From Microthyrium microscopicum (lineage: Eukaryota): a DNA stretch of 64,000 bases. Shown piece by piece: positions 48,978 through 61,780 of this stretch. Below the pieces are notes generated by a model. It saw only the letters and a program-made list of their open reading frames with translations. It searched no databases and was not told where the DNA came from. Location: positions 694,576 to 758,575 of the forward strand of contig MU004236.1 in assembly GCA_010405405.1 (NCBI GenBank), written 5' to 3'. Position 1 is the first letter of the stretch; each line of letters opens with the position of its first letter. The position numbers and the translations under genes were made by a program.

Positions 48978-50191
48978 ATGGGTCGCAATAGAGCGCAGTC
49001 GAACGCGTCATCTTCGTCGCCAACCAGAGACCAAGTATGTCGCACACATACGTAGATGATTGATAGACAACTGAACACTAAATATAAATCAGGAGTTAGG
49101 TACAATGTACGATTATTTGGCGAAAATTATATTGCTCGGCCCGAGTGGTAGCGGAAAGTAGGCTTGGCTTATATGCTCCTGGCGTAGAGCACTGCTGAGA
49201 TTTTGCTCGCAGATCATGTATATTGCATCGCTTTGTCAAGGACGAGTGTATGGTTCACCAAACCCCTTTTCCCCATATATTGGTCTAATTATTGACAGGG
49301 CGCATATTATCTTCCCAAACCATAGGCGTAGAATTCGCCTCCAAAGTCGTCAAGGTTGGGTCAGGCGCCAGAAGGAAGCGCATAAAGCTTCAAGTATGAT
49401 GATCTCATTATCTAGCCGCGTGGTCACTGCTAAAACGACTATAGCTTTGGGATACAGCAGGAACGGAGCGATTTCGAGCAGTGTCACGATCGTACTATCG
49501 GGGTGCAGCTGGCGCGATCCTAATTTACGACATCACGAACCACGCCTCATTTCGAGCCTTGCCTACATTTCTCAACGACGCCAAAGCCTTGGCTTCACCC
49601 AATTTAACGGTCATACTTGCTGGCAATAAGGCTGATCTCTCCCAAGAGCATCAGGAAGAGGGCAGTCTACTGGACTTGGATCCCGATACTCCCATACCTT
49701 CATCATCATATAGCAGTCGAGCTTCATCCTTCCCGAATCCTTCCCAGTCATCCGTGTCTTCCTCTGTCAAAGACTCTCCAGGCTTTGGATCAACAAATAC
49801 AGTCAGCAAGGCTCCAGAAGGGAGAGAAGTCCTCCCAGAGGAGGCATCAGGCTGGGCATCCACTCAACAAATCCCTGTATCAGTTGACGTCTCGGCATAT
49901 TCCGGTGCCAATATCACAGAGATCTTCGAGCGCCTAGCCGCTATGATATTAACCAAAATTGAACTGGGTGAAATCAATCCAGATGACCCGCAAAGTGGAA
50001 TTCAATATGGCGACAGCGGTTGGGGATTCTCGGATAATGCCAGCACCAAAAGTGGAATGACCGTCGATGATGGTCATTCAACGATGCGGCGAAGGCGTGG
50101 CAGACGGACAGGAGGCGGCTGGGGTGGAGGGCTTCGCGAATGGGAAGAAGTATTTCGGTTGGATGGGCGGCGCAGGAATCGATGTTGTTGA
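48978..50191 (+). CDS. Rab-family small GTPase (Rab4/Ypt4-like), 5 exons
   Basis: Spliced YDYLAKIILLGPSGSGK|S, TIGVEF, LQ|LWDTAGTERFR.VSRSYYRGAAG, GNKAD, VSA, KIELGEI.PD, C-terminal CC. Confidence 0.88.
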
Positions 50192-51533
50192 TCTAGCCTT
50201 GGACTCCATCTATATTCACCCCAGCTTCGAAGCGGTCTAGCTCCACTATGGGCAATTCTTAGCCGGCCAAGATAGGCGACAGAAATAGATGAAAGTCGCT
50301 AAGAGGGGGAGATTTGTCAATGGTGAAGACCCGTGTGATGGGAACGGTGTTTTGGTTGGTATACCCCATGGCTTTTAATTTCCTAATGCGATAATGCCCC
50401 TTGACCGCAGTGTATGTCTGAGTGAAACAGTCAGCTGTAAGTGAATTTGCTTGAAGAGGCTCACGGAACACAAACAGGCACATCAATATCATAGAAACTG
50501 CCCATGGACTAGCCCGAGGAATCTGGCCTCGGGATAAGTCTCCAGTAGAGAAACCCTTGCCCAACCGAACAAGATCCACTTCCTATATTTCCCCAGAGGC
50601 GCATGCTCAAGATGTCCGGGGAACACTTGCGGGAGCAATGTCCTGCTATTGGCCCCTGACCTCTGTTTGTCTATCATATAATTTACGATGATCAATCTAA
50701 CATTACTAGAATAGGAGAACCGTTCAGAGACATCGAAAACCACAACGCTTAATACTAGCAAGGATAATTTGCCATCGATTCGAAAATCAGCCAGTAGTCA
50801 TATTCAAATTCCGGCCCTACCACCCAAATTTTGAAATATCATTTTTCTGATTGGCGAAATATTTGATTCAGACAGACGCTTCCATCTATAGGGCAGCCTT
50901 GCAGTTCTTCTACCTCTTGACAAAAACCATTCAATTAGCACTGCGGATTATGCTACAATTTGACCTTTGTATCAGTGATACACGTCTATTCGAACTCGAA
51001 AGTGAAAGTTTCTACCTGGATCATTTCCAAATCGTACAGTCACAAACTCAGCATCGTATTACTCCTCTTCTACATTTACCACTACATTGTCTATTTAGAT
51101 GATTGAAGACCCATCGACCATCCTTCTCCTTTATCAAAGGATGAAGGAAGTTACACAAATGCGGCGAAGTTCACACCCATCATGTCCACCGTACCAACTT
51201 GGGCGGCGAGCAGGACAGTACAAATCCAAGGGAATTGATTATAGCGTCACGATGTCTGCTGTTAGCGAGATCTTAATAGGCTACTATCCCTGGATCTTTA
51301 CCTTCCCGCGGTCCGTGCAATCCCTTAATCTTGTTTATATTTCAATATACCAGCCTTGGTTTAATCCTATACTTTGGTCACACTACCCGGAGAGCTGTTC
51401 TAGGTACTCTACCCTTTTAGATACATTTCAGATCTTAGATCTGCATATTTCCTTGCTGGTGTTGAAGATATATATCTCTTCCTAAGAATCGACGTGCGGA
51501 TGTTGTTGTTTTAATTTTCTATCCTTCGCAAAA

Positions 51534-53498
51534 ATGGCCCACGGCCCTGACGATAAGACGGGAGGCGTCAGCTATGATAACTATCATACGGACAGCAATA
51601 ATGATATCGACGGTCCTGAGTTCACTCCGGCGGAAGAGAAGAAGATATGGCGCAGAGTGGATTTGAGACTGGTGGTACTTATCGGATTCATGTATTGTGT
51701 GTCGTTGATGGATCGCGCAAACTTGAGTAATGCCAGTATGTTTGAGTCGAACATTTGTGTGAAGACTGAAGCTAAGCAAGCTCTTTTCTAGAGGTCGCTG
51801 GAATGGAGTCGGACCCCAGAGACCCCAAGTTCAAGCACGAGCAAGGACTTAACTTGATAGGCTTCCGATATGTAAGTTATTCGAATCAATGACAGTTAAC
51901 CTTGAGTTCTTGAGTGCTAATCCGAGGCCATAGAACATCATGTCTCTCGTTTTCTTTCCACCATACATTATTTTTCAAATCCCTTCCACTGTTATCGTAC
52001 GAGCACTGGGCCCACGACTTCATCTGGGAACGATCACATTGCTATGGGGGAGCGTTATGGTCGCCATGGCTTTCGTTAACGATTGGCAAGTTATGGCAGG
52101 AATGAGAGTGCTACTCGGAATCTTAGAGGCAGGGTTCTTCCCAAGCTGCGTGTACTTGTTGAGTACTTGGTATACGAGATGTATGGAGCGGTCTAAGCAA
52201 AAAGCCTCAGTGCTGACGAGTTACAGATGAGATGGGTAAACGGTATTCGCTATTCTACATCCTGGGATGCGTTGCCTCCGCATTTGCAGGTTTACTAGCT
52301 TATGGGGTAAGTAGAGGCTTGATATTGAGTGAGTTGACATTCAGGACTAACACTTCACAGATCATGAGTCTGCAAGGAAAGGCAAATATGGCCGCCTGGA
52401 GATGGATCTTTGTAGGTTATATGGAATGATAAGAGCCAGTTAAGCCAGCTTACTAACAGCTTGCGCAGCTTATAGAAGGACTAGTATGACCTTGCCTCCA
52501 GTTTGATCTTCCAAGAAGAATCTAACTTTCGCTAGCTCACCATTTTTATGGCTCTCCTGGGCTATGCTCTGATTGTTGGCTTTCCCGATCAGTGGAAACC
52601 AAGGTATTTTTTGTCACTGCACGACTCTACAGGCTTTTCTGACCATTTCAACAGCTGGCACTTCCTCAGTGAACGGGAAGTCAAATATGTCCTCAGCAAG
52701 GTGAATGAAGACCGTGGAGATGCAGTGGTCGAGCCCTTTTCCATGGGAGTATATTTGCGCTCCGCTCTTGACTGGAAAATATGGTGCTATGCGATGATCT
52801 TTTTCAACAACACGACAGTCACCTACGGTTTGGCTTACTTCTTACCCGATATTCTTCGTAAATCGTTGCATTATGACCAGAAAATGAGCCAGATCATGGG
52901 CGCTCCGCCGTATATCGCTGCTGGAGTCGTTATGTACCTCACAGGCTGGATTGGAGACAAGTATCAGATTCGTGGGCCGATCATCATCTTCAACATGATT
53001 CTTTCCCTCATTGGGATTCCCCTACTTGGCTGGACCACAAATGGCTCAGTCAGATATTTTGGGATCTTCCTTCTCGCTGCCGGTGTCAACGCAAACATTC
53101 CAGTTACTATGACATACCAGGTAAGATAAAATTCTGCAACGTAGGAGAACTTTGCACTGACGTATCTTTTCTCAGGCAAACAATATTCGCGGTCAGTGGA
53201 AACGCGCCTTTTGCAGTGCGACCCTCGTCGGATTCGGAGGCATCGGTGGAATTGCAGGCTCTCTTGTCTTCCGGGCACAGGACGCTCCGGCATACAAGCC
53301 GGGCCTTTTCGCGTGCATGGCATGCTGTATTCTCAACATAGTAATAGTGACCATTCTCACTCTCAATTTTACGAAGCGCAATCGTGACGCGCGGGCAGGC
53401 AAAAAGTTCATTGAAGGAGCAGATGTAAGTCAAACTCAATCTTTGCCAGTGCTGAACTAATCTTGTCATTTTAGGATGGATTCTTATACACGATATGA
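51534..53498 (+). CDS. MFS transporter, anion:cation symporter (Dal5/Tna1-like) family; many introns including a 15-nt micro-exon (~52470-52484)
   Basis: RRVDLRL..SLMDRANLSNA, FFPPYIIFQIPS, R..LGILEAGFFP..YLLSTWY, AWRWIF|LIEG, APPY, NNIRGQWKRA, GFLYTI*. Confidence 0.92.
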
Positions 53499-54081
53499 TC
53501 CTAATTTTTACGACGATGAAAGCAGACAGTGGGAATGTTTGACTATCCGCGAGGATAAATTGTATCGATGGAACATTGATAAAGACAGCGTTAAGCCTTC
53601 AAACATAGAGCACAACCGAATCACACTTTTTAAAGTAAGGACAAATTCTGAACATTATCTCAGTCATGCCTTGTCAAACTCATTCATACAATTTTCTCCC
53701 CAACATTTTAATGTAACGACATGTTATGTGAATATATGATTGTGCTCGCTGTATATATTTTATCAGCGTTGCTTCGCATTCTGGATTAGGTACTTAGTTT
53801 ATGGAAACCACAGAGCGTCGCTATTTCTTACCATTTACAAGTAATACAATTGCATATAATTGCTATGAGCTTGATGCTCCAACATGTGACATCTTAATGG
53901 AAAGTGCAACAAACCTAAGATACTACTAGTAGTAAGTAGCACAACAAAAAGAGGCACCTCTTCCATCTCAACAGCAACAAAAAGGCATGCCACAAACACT
54001 TTTAAAAAAGAGAGAAATAATAGTATAGATTGCTCTCGGTTATATCATTGACAAAAAAAATTGCAATGCAAGAAAGTTCTA

Positions 54082-54170
54082 CTCCTCCACGTGGGCTTGA
54101 ACCACGAACCTCCAGATTATACATATGAATAGTAACAGTCTGACGCGCTAGCCAATTGTGCCATAGAGGA
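54082..54170 (-). tRNA. tRNA-Asn (GTT) with 15-nt intron
   Basis: Minus strand TCCTCTA..TGGAGGA+G; anticodon arm TCAGA-CT-GTT-A[ctattcatatgtata]A-TCTGG; T arm CGTGG-TTCAAGC-CCACG. Confidence 0.92.
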
Positions 54171-55342
54171 TTTAGAATTATGCTCCATTTCACAAAATTT
54201 GAATATGTTTAGCTAATTCAATGCCACAAAGCTGACACGGTCTTCGTGTTCATTGATCAAATTCATTGCTAATTTGACGACCTTCAAAGACGTAATATTT
54301 CGTACCTTGTCATTCCATAATTACCCTGCTACAGTTTGTTGAAATTTAGCTTCCAATGCGTGCCACACAACTCCGTGCAAGCCTCTACTCGAGTTCAAAC
54401 ACGTAACCTCCGACTTGCTTAACTTTCCACCACCCATTTTGAACCGTCAGCGTAGTTTTGACGTAGCCAGTAACTTCAATAGTAAGGCTGATCTAGGCCA
54501 CATCCTCCAATAGGCCGTTCTACAGCCTTTTGACACGATTGACGCGCTTGGCGTTGCTCAGTATAGCGCCCCCTCCCTTCAGTACGCGCCGTGGACTGTC
54601 ATGACTGGCTCAATCGACCCCAGCACCAAAGCCCAGTTTTGCAACGCCGAAAAGGAGCGAGTGCCATCGAACTGAAGCCTACTGGCATTACTATTCTCAT
54701 TCAGCCAAGAGAGTGAGGTTTCGAAGACCCCTCTCGTGGCTCTTCACCCGCCAGGAGCCCAGCTCAGGGGCTTGTTGGCCTTCCATTGCATATCTTTTCT
54801 ACAGATTACCTGTTCCAGTATCCCATCGAGCGTCCGGATATTATTGATCTGATCTACGGATTTTCTACAAGGTTCAGTACGAAGGCTCAAGGCTTTTGTG
54901 ATGGCTGAGTTGCAAAGTGGCAGCGCATGTTTCTAGCGCTTGACCACAGGGAGCTATCAAAAGCTCGTCTTCTTGCACTCACAGTTTCAGAATCCCAACA
55001 TGTCCACGCCCGTCCTAGGAAGCCGTACTTGGCAAGGCTTGTATGTTTCTTGAATTTTCCACTGTCATTAACCGCAGAGTAAAAAGCCTCTTGCTATATG
55101 TTAGGCCTCATCGTCGTGGAAACATTTGGTCATGTCGGGGTAGTTGTCATCCTACATTGGTACAACTGTATTCATTCTTTTCCTCTTCTACTAGGCGTGA
55201 TATTCATTCATTCTTGCTGGCCAAGCTATATTCAGTCTTTTAAACCTCAAATATCGAAGCTTGTTCGGTTTCATTTCAACGGGCCGGCAGATCAAGTGCA
55301 TAAACCTCCTAAACCATATTGAACAAAACATATACAAACATC

Positions 55343-56400
55343 ATGAAGACTATCTTCCTGGCTTCAGCACTGTTACCCATCCTAGCGTTTGCTAGAGATA
55401 ACCCATTCGATCCAAAAACCAGTAAAGGCACGTTCGGTCCTTTCACACCGGCTAAGAAAGCACTCAAATCCGCAACCGGTGCTCCAGCAACAGTCGACGA
55501 TGATACAGCTCAAGCCCTCCAGACCGCATGCGACAACTGGACCGCAGACACGGGAAAAGTGTCCAATTTCCAAAACATTGGCTCATCCACTGCATCTGGC
55601 TCCCAGTTCACGAATGCCGCCAACATCGCCTATAAGGCTGAAGTCGACGAACTAACCCACAAAGCCAGTAAGTCTCACCCTCTTCCTCCTCCTTCAAGTC
55701 ACTGTCTAACAATACCCTAGTTCTCGACAAGATAATCGGCAAAGACCCAACCGTCTCCATCGCCAACCAAACCCTCACCAACGGTGTCTTCCAAAGCGTA
55801 GTCGACAACCTCCAAATCATGAGCATCCAAGGCAAATCGCGCGTAAACCTTATCGACACGATAAACAGTGTACGCTGCACGCAGATTCTACCATCCATTG
55901 ATGCCTACTGTGCCGTGGTCGCGCGCACAATTGGCGGAGGAACACAAGCGAAGACAGCAGTTAGGCCTTCCGCTTGTGCAGCGATTGTCGCCGCAGACAC
56001 GGATCCAGCAGACTATCCAAACGTGCCCAATGTCCCTGGAGGAACAGCGCTGGCATCTGCGCCGTCTTCGAGTGCCAGTGCCAGTGCTGGCGGCAATGGG
56101 GGAAGTAGTTCGAATGGGGGTAATGCAGGAAGCAGCACTGGGACGACAGGAGGAGGACACCATTCGCATAACAACCGGAAACGATATTTCGCTGGAACGG
56201 AATATATTGCAAGAGAAAAGACTCCTAATCGTAAGCGATATTTCGCTGGAACGGAATATATTGCGAAAGAGAAGAATACCAACCGCAAACGCTACTTCGC
56301 AGGTACGGAATATATTGCCAAAGAGAAGAATTCTAACCGGAAGCGATACTTCAAAGGCAGCGACTATATCGCGAATGAACCTAGCGAGGTTTCTCATTAG
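55343..56400 (+). CDS. Secreted protein with Cys-containing domain and C-terminal Kex2-processed peptide repeats (KEP / candidate RiPP precursor); intron 55668-55720
   Basis: Signal MKTIFLASALLPILAFA; ~200-aa region with 4 Cys; Gly/Ser linker; four NRKR-YF(AGTE/KGSD)YIA units. Confidence 0.85.
56173..56397 (+). repeat. Coding tandem repeat, 54-bp (18-aa) unit x4
   Basis: Units start at 56173, 56227, 56281 and 56335; NRKR is encoded aac-cgg-aaa-cga, aat-cgt-aag-cga, aac-cgc-aaa-cgc, aac-cgg-aag-cga. Confidence 0.95.
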
Positions 56401-56771
56401 ATATGTAGCAATTGCACTGTTTTATCATGTTATCAAGACTGCATTTTGATATGTTTGCAGATTCGTTCTCTGAATGTATGTAAGTCGATTTGGATCACTA
56501 GAACAAAGCATAGTCCGCCCTCGGTAGAGCTATCAATACTTCGAAAATGCATTTCAGTAACAGAAATGATGAAATAGGAAGTATACACTGCATTTGAACT
56601 ATATCCCGATGAGCACCAACTTCCCCAGCATTCGCAATGCGATCCAAGCCATGCTTTTGTATCCATTATCCCATATGTCACTAGGAGAAAACGTTTCGCC
56701 AAACAAACATGCAAAAGTTTCGAGGACGTATTCACTGCGCAATGTCGCAAATGCAATAAAACTCATTACAA

Positions 56772-59370
56772 TCATGCTCCCGTAACGGCCTCGACGCGCT
56801 TCAGAAACTCACGTACCCGTCCCACATCATTCTCTGGCTCACTCTCCACCGCCTGTACGAGCTGTGGTAACACTGGATCGACTTCATCCTCAGCAACACC
56901 AGTACATAATGAGACAACTTTACGGTACTTGCTTTCAAGCTCAGTATCGCGCGCCTTGAGCGACATGAGGTGCGCGTTAAGACTCGCAAGCAGCTGGTTA
57001 TACGTGCCAATCTGCGAATTCAGATTCTGCGGGTCTGGGGTATCAGCCGGATCTTGGAGGTCGAACGCAGAAGAGTCAGGGAGGAGGTAGTCACTATCAG
57101 CATCACCGACAGAGAGCGAAGGAATGCCGCCACGCGCATTGCCAGAGTTGCCGATACGATCGCGGATTTCACCAACAGCACGTCGCAGGTTCTGGATTCG
57201 TTGCTTGCGTTCCTGGCGGCCTTGCAGTTCGGCAGTCTGAGCGTCGACTTGGGTGGTGAGTACTTTCTGTTTGCTGGAGAGATCACGAATTTCATGGGTG
57301 GATTTGTCAATTCGGTCTTGTAGGAGGCGAAGTTCGGTACTGAATTGGGATGAGGTTTGTGTCATGGATGTAGTGAGAGCTGGATGAAGTTGTTAGTCAG
57401 GTCATAATTATAGGCTTAGGAAACATACTTGGCATGAGCTCCTGGGAAACTTCTTCTGCTTTGCTTGGGACCTTGGACTTGGGACTTTCGGCTATCCTTT
57501 GAGATAAGCCTTCCGAGCTCTCTGGGTCTATTGGCTCAACACCAAAGTCGACAGGCCGTAATCCTTTATGATTCGGAATGGTTGGGTCAGCTTGCACTTC
57601 GACGAGCTGTCGGATTATACTGCTATTCCCAATTCTTGCCACTAGATTTAGCGCGGTGTTTCCTGCCATATCTCTGGCATTGACCATCTCGCTCATAAAA
57701 CGCATGAGACCGATAGGCGCTTTTGGTTGGCTACTATTGCCACCATCGAAAGAAGAGCTGGAGTTGTCATTGTTCGTTCTTCGTACAAGGAACTCGAGAA
57801 GTGCTTCCAGATAGTATTTTGAGCTTGTGTTTCGACCACGAATGCCAGATGCTAAAGCAATGTGATGCAGGATTGTTCGTCCTTTCGAGTCCCTGATCTC
57901 TATAAGAGAATTCAGGAGCTCGAGAAGGTCAGGAAAACAAGTATGATCAAGGCAATTGTTCACTTGGACGGCGGCCATCAAAGGGGTTTCACCAGCGATA
58001 TTTCCTCGGAAGATACTGGCTCCCTTGGCAATAAGCAGCTTCATTAGAGGAATCCTTGCGAGCGTTGCAGCCCAGTGGAGAGCGGTGTTTGCCGATTGAT
58101 CTAAAGGTAGATCGAGATCAGGACCCGAAAGATGTAAGATAGCCGGATGATTGGTATAATCAGTTCGATGGAGATCGGCAAAGAGATCGAGAAGAAGCGA
58201 TTGTTTCTCTTCACTAGACTTGTCTGAGGGATGAGGTAGTGGTGGGTAAGCAATTGGGACATCGCCGTCCGAAGCCATGGCTTGATCTGAAGGCCTGTAG
58301 AGGAAAGATTCGTTTGCTTCAGTGGGCGACCCATCACGAATGAAAGATTGTGATTCTCCATTCATGTGTGAATAATCAGCATCTGGTGTGCTTGGTCTCA
58401 TTCGTTTCCTTGGTGGTTCTTGAGAATCCATGCCTCGATCGAGTTGTTGGGTGATGTATGCAGAATCCGTACCATTGAAACTACGCTCATGATGTAACCC
58501 AGGATTACTCCGTTGGCTTGAAGGCTGCTGAGAATTCTGCATTGATTCCTGACTATTAGGGAAAGACCGCGCAGCGGAGCCGGGACGTCTTGGAGCGCTT
58601 GCCGGCCTTTGGGGAGGAGTATTCAGTCGCGCCGCTCGATTCATAGCAGATATCGCATTTGATGCTGCGGAGGAGAGGTTGGAGAAGAATGTTCCAGTCC
58701 CTTGCGGCCCTTGAGGCTGGCGACCGTCCTGAGTCTGAGTATATAGCCGTTTACGATTGGCAGCCATTGCCTGTTCTTTCGTTGGAGTATCGACACCATT
58801 TCCAGGTTGACCACTTCCATCGGCACTTAGATCATAGTCCAGGAGGGGTCGCAAGAGTTCTTCAACACCATACTGTCGGCAGAATTCGCGACCTCGGCGA
58901 TAATTTATCCAGGTTCCTTGATATTTGCCATAGCCACCTTGCACTTTTTCATGTTCACCGGTGAGGATCTCTTTCTCTAGAACTTTTGTCCTCTTTCCCT
59001 TGTCAACGCCCGCGACCTTTAATATTTGAGTGGCATTGAGCCACGAGTCGGATCTGCGTCTCATTACAACAACTCTGTTGATAACCATTTCATATACTTG
59101 TACTCCGGAGTAAACAGCCTAGTGGGAATTTAGTGCATGCCATCAACAAGCAGTGTTAACCAGTTCGCTTACAGTATAAATTTGAGGAGATGGAGCCATT
59201 TGCTGATGCGCTCCTCCATTCATATCAGGAAAACTGCTGCGATAGCTGGACATGGCGCTCTGTTGGGAGCCATACATCATCTGGCCATTTCCATCTTGGG
59301 AGGATGTAAAGGAGGCAACATTACGAGGATCATATGGAGGAATAGACATTGTCGGAGCGGTCCCCTGCAT
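56772..59370 (-). CDS. SWI6: APSES/KilA-N plus ankyrin cell-cycle transcription factor (Swi6/Cdc10-like MBF/SBF subunit); introns ~59119-59170 and ~57381-57428
   Basis: IYT|AVYSGVQVYEM..VMRRRSDSWLNATQILKVAG..EKVQGGYGKYQGTWI; ankyrin repeats NTALHWAA, ETPLM, RTILHH, NTALN; C-terminal coiled coil KYRKVVSLC. The start codon is tentative. Confidence 0.85.
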
Positions 59371-60231
59371 TGCGACCGCTGGAGTATGGTAATGGTGAAG
59401 AGGCAGCAAAGGTAGTTGACTAGACGCAAAGGTGTGCGGACTGCATGGGTGTTTGATATTAGGTGATGGCTACGAGCGCAAACTGGCAGAGAGAATGATA
59501 ATGCGAATTCCGACAGATGAGAGGATCGGACAGTGGAACAGCGTAGAACAGCGCAAATAATGTTGAACTTGAAGCGATTGGAAGAAAGAGATGGCGTCGC
59601 GCGTCTTCAGCTTCGGGCTTGAGACGCGTTTTCCAACTTTGCTCGGCCCCTCTTTCATTAATACAAAGCTAGCCCAGAGTAAGCAATCTTTAGCGAATTA
59701 AGATACATAAATTCTGAATAAGTAATTTCTGGGGTACTTTCCTTTACTCTGCTCGATAGACGATAATTTGCACCTTATCCTCGATTCCTCACCCTCTACT
59801 TCCTATCGACATCATCTTGGTCCAACTCTAGCCTGCCAGGCCACTCATTTCAGACGATAAATCCATCGACTACGATCTCTACCATAAGACTTCTCGACGG
59901 AGGAAGGCGTCCGTCGCATCGAGCGCTTTGCATACCTACAAGATTGTCGAATGCGAAGGTACTTAGCGCCTTGCTTTTTCAAAAGTCTAGAGGTCTGGGT
60001 AGATTGATGGAGGACCTCAGTGGCTCTCGTAGTTTGATACCAGGTATATCGCGTCAACAATCGCGTCATCGCAAGCTCAACGTCGCGGATAAGCTTCTCA
60101 AGATCCATTCTGTTGCTGGTGAGGAGCCATGAAGGTGTAAATGTGGGTATCATAATAATATTATCCGCATGATAAATCTGGTTTACGACTGCGCAAACTC
60201 CTGCTATGCTAATATTTCAGACAAAATGCGC

Positions 60232-61219
60232 TCAGTCAGCGTGAGGTCCATTTTCATGGTACTCTGATAACGTTCCCCTTTCTATTCTCCTCCTTTTCAA
60301 CCAGTGTCTAATGTTGTTGAAGTTTCGGCAAGTATGAGTTCCTCCATGAGCAATATACATCTGCTCTCCATTCATAACCGCGCCTTCTTGTTTATACAAT
60401 GGTATCGGAGTGAGGTCTCCATGGCACTCAACGACCTGTCGAACGTAGTCTAGACAATGTTCTTCATTGAATGTTAGCTGAATCGAGCGTCTCGTAGTTG
60501 GAGGACTTACCCATATGAACTTCCGAAAAATGTGGCGGAAATTGTGGTCCATCCTGATGCAGTTTTCCGATACTTGTGTAGTAGTCTTTGAACATGTTGA
60601 TTCTGAGCGCGTTCACACAATGTAAGCCGTGGACGACGCCGACAGCAGCAAAGTAGTTGCCAGACTTGTTCTCTCCTTTTATCTTGACAAAGTCTTCTCT
60701 GGCAAACGGTTTTGCTTCTTCGTCTGTAAGACTAAAGAACTCGTCTTTCAAGATGTTCGCCCAGTTCTTGTCGATTTCCGGATAGACGGCTGGATTCCCG
60801 AAATATCGAGGCTCATTAGCTGGTCTCTCGTACCAGAAGTCTTTCGCCGTGTTGTTCCAGACTATGCCACCGGAAAACACTTTTTGCTCGAAATCAATGT
60901 ATTGCCGTGCTTGTTCAAAGTCCGTCGCGAAGCCTGGCTTTTGCTCATTCACTTCAAGCTGTTTTGCTGCCAGATCAGTGAGAATCTTTTCCAGGTGCCA
61001 TAAGCGGAAGAGTAGAGCCAGGACGACGATTCCTAAGAGAAAACATGATGCGGCGGCGAAAAAGAAGAGATTTCGGAATCTATCTGATCTCGAATGGCTG
61101 TATAAATAGTGTCCTTCTCTTGTTGGCGTGTCCACTTCAGTGTCGCTCTGATCATCTTCGCTGAAGTCCTCCCTTATCACTCGTAACGGTTTGCTTTCTT
61201 CCATGTATCGTGGGCTCAT
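60232..61219 (-). CDS. DUF3328 / UstYa-like oxidase; intron 60462-60510
   Basis: N-terminal TM helix; PRYFG.P..EIDKNW; two HXXHC motifs, VHGLHCVNALR and spliced VHM|EHCLDYVRQVVECHGDLTP; HTCRNF..IR.W. Confidence 0.92.
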
Positions 61220-61780
61220 AATGTGCGCGGAGTGAGGACCTGTCAATCCAAGTTATGAACTTCGCTGTAATGTTGGCAAAACATGTGCCAGTGAAATGGT
61301 CATTGCGGGCGGAAACGAAAGGTGCCAAAATAGAGTTCGCGGAGGCGATTTCACCTGCTCTATCTATCTCTATATGAAACACCATTCTTCTATACTTTGT
61401 GGCTCCACAAGCTAGCTCGAATCACTCTACCCCAAGGTGATGCGCTTTAGGGTACAGCGGCGTGGGCTGTACATGGCCTTCTCTGAGATGGCTTTATATT
61501 GATCTATACCACAACCCCTATCAACGATCTTCAAAGATAACGGTTATGCCAAGGAGATCTTGATTTGCTTCTCCATCAATGAAGAATATAATCCTTGGTA
61601 TTCGAGATCTTTCCTTGGCTCACAGTGTTCTCATCAAGTGAGGAAAGTATGGTGGCTTACTAAGCACATATCGTCAAACAACTTCTGTCTGAGCTTCAGA
61701 AACTTGCATCTGATCTTTCGTTTCCTGTCAAATGCCACGACAGTGAACGCGCTCAAGCCTTTCTCCACTCAAATAAGCTT

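Noticed and set aside
50259..51485. Short ORFs between the Rab and MFS genes
   Set aside because: No motifs, mostly non-ATG starts, no coherent splice pattern; treated as intergenic.
56173..56397. Alpha-factor-like mating pheromone precursor
   Set aside because: No Ste13-type XA/XP dipeptide spacers, no WC..GQPC-like core, and a large N-terminal domain. Not fully excluded, but a KEP/RiPP reading fits better.
59845..60153. 102-aa ORF between SWI6-like and DUF3328 as a further RiPP cluster gene
   Set aside because: No signal peptide, repeat or recognisable motif; likely 3' UTR or promoter sequence.
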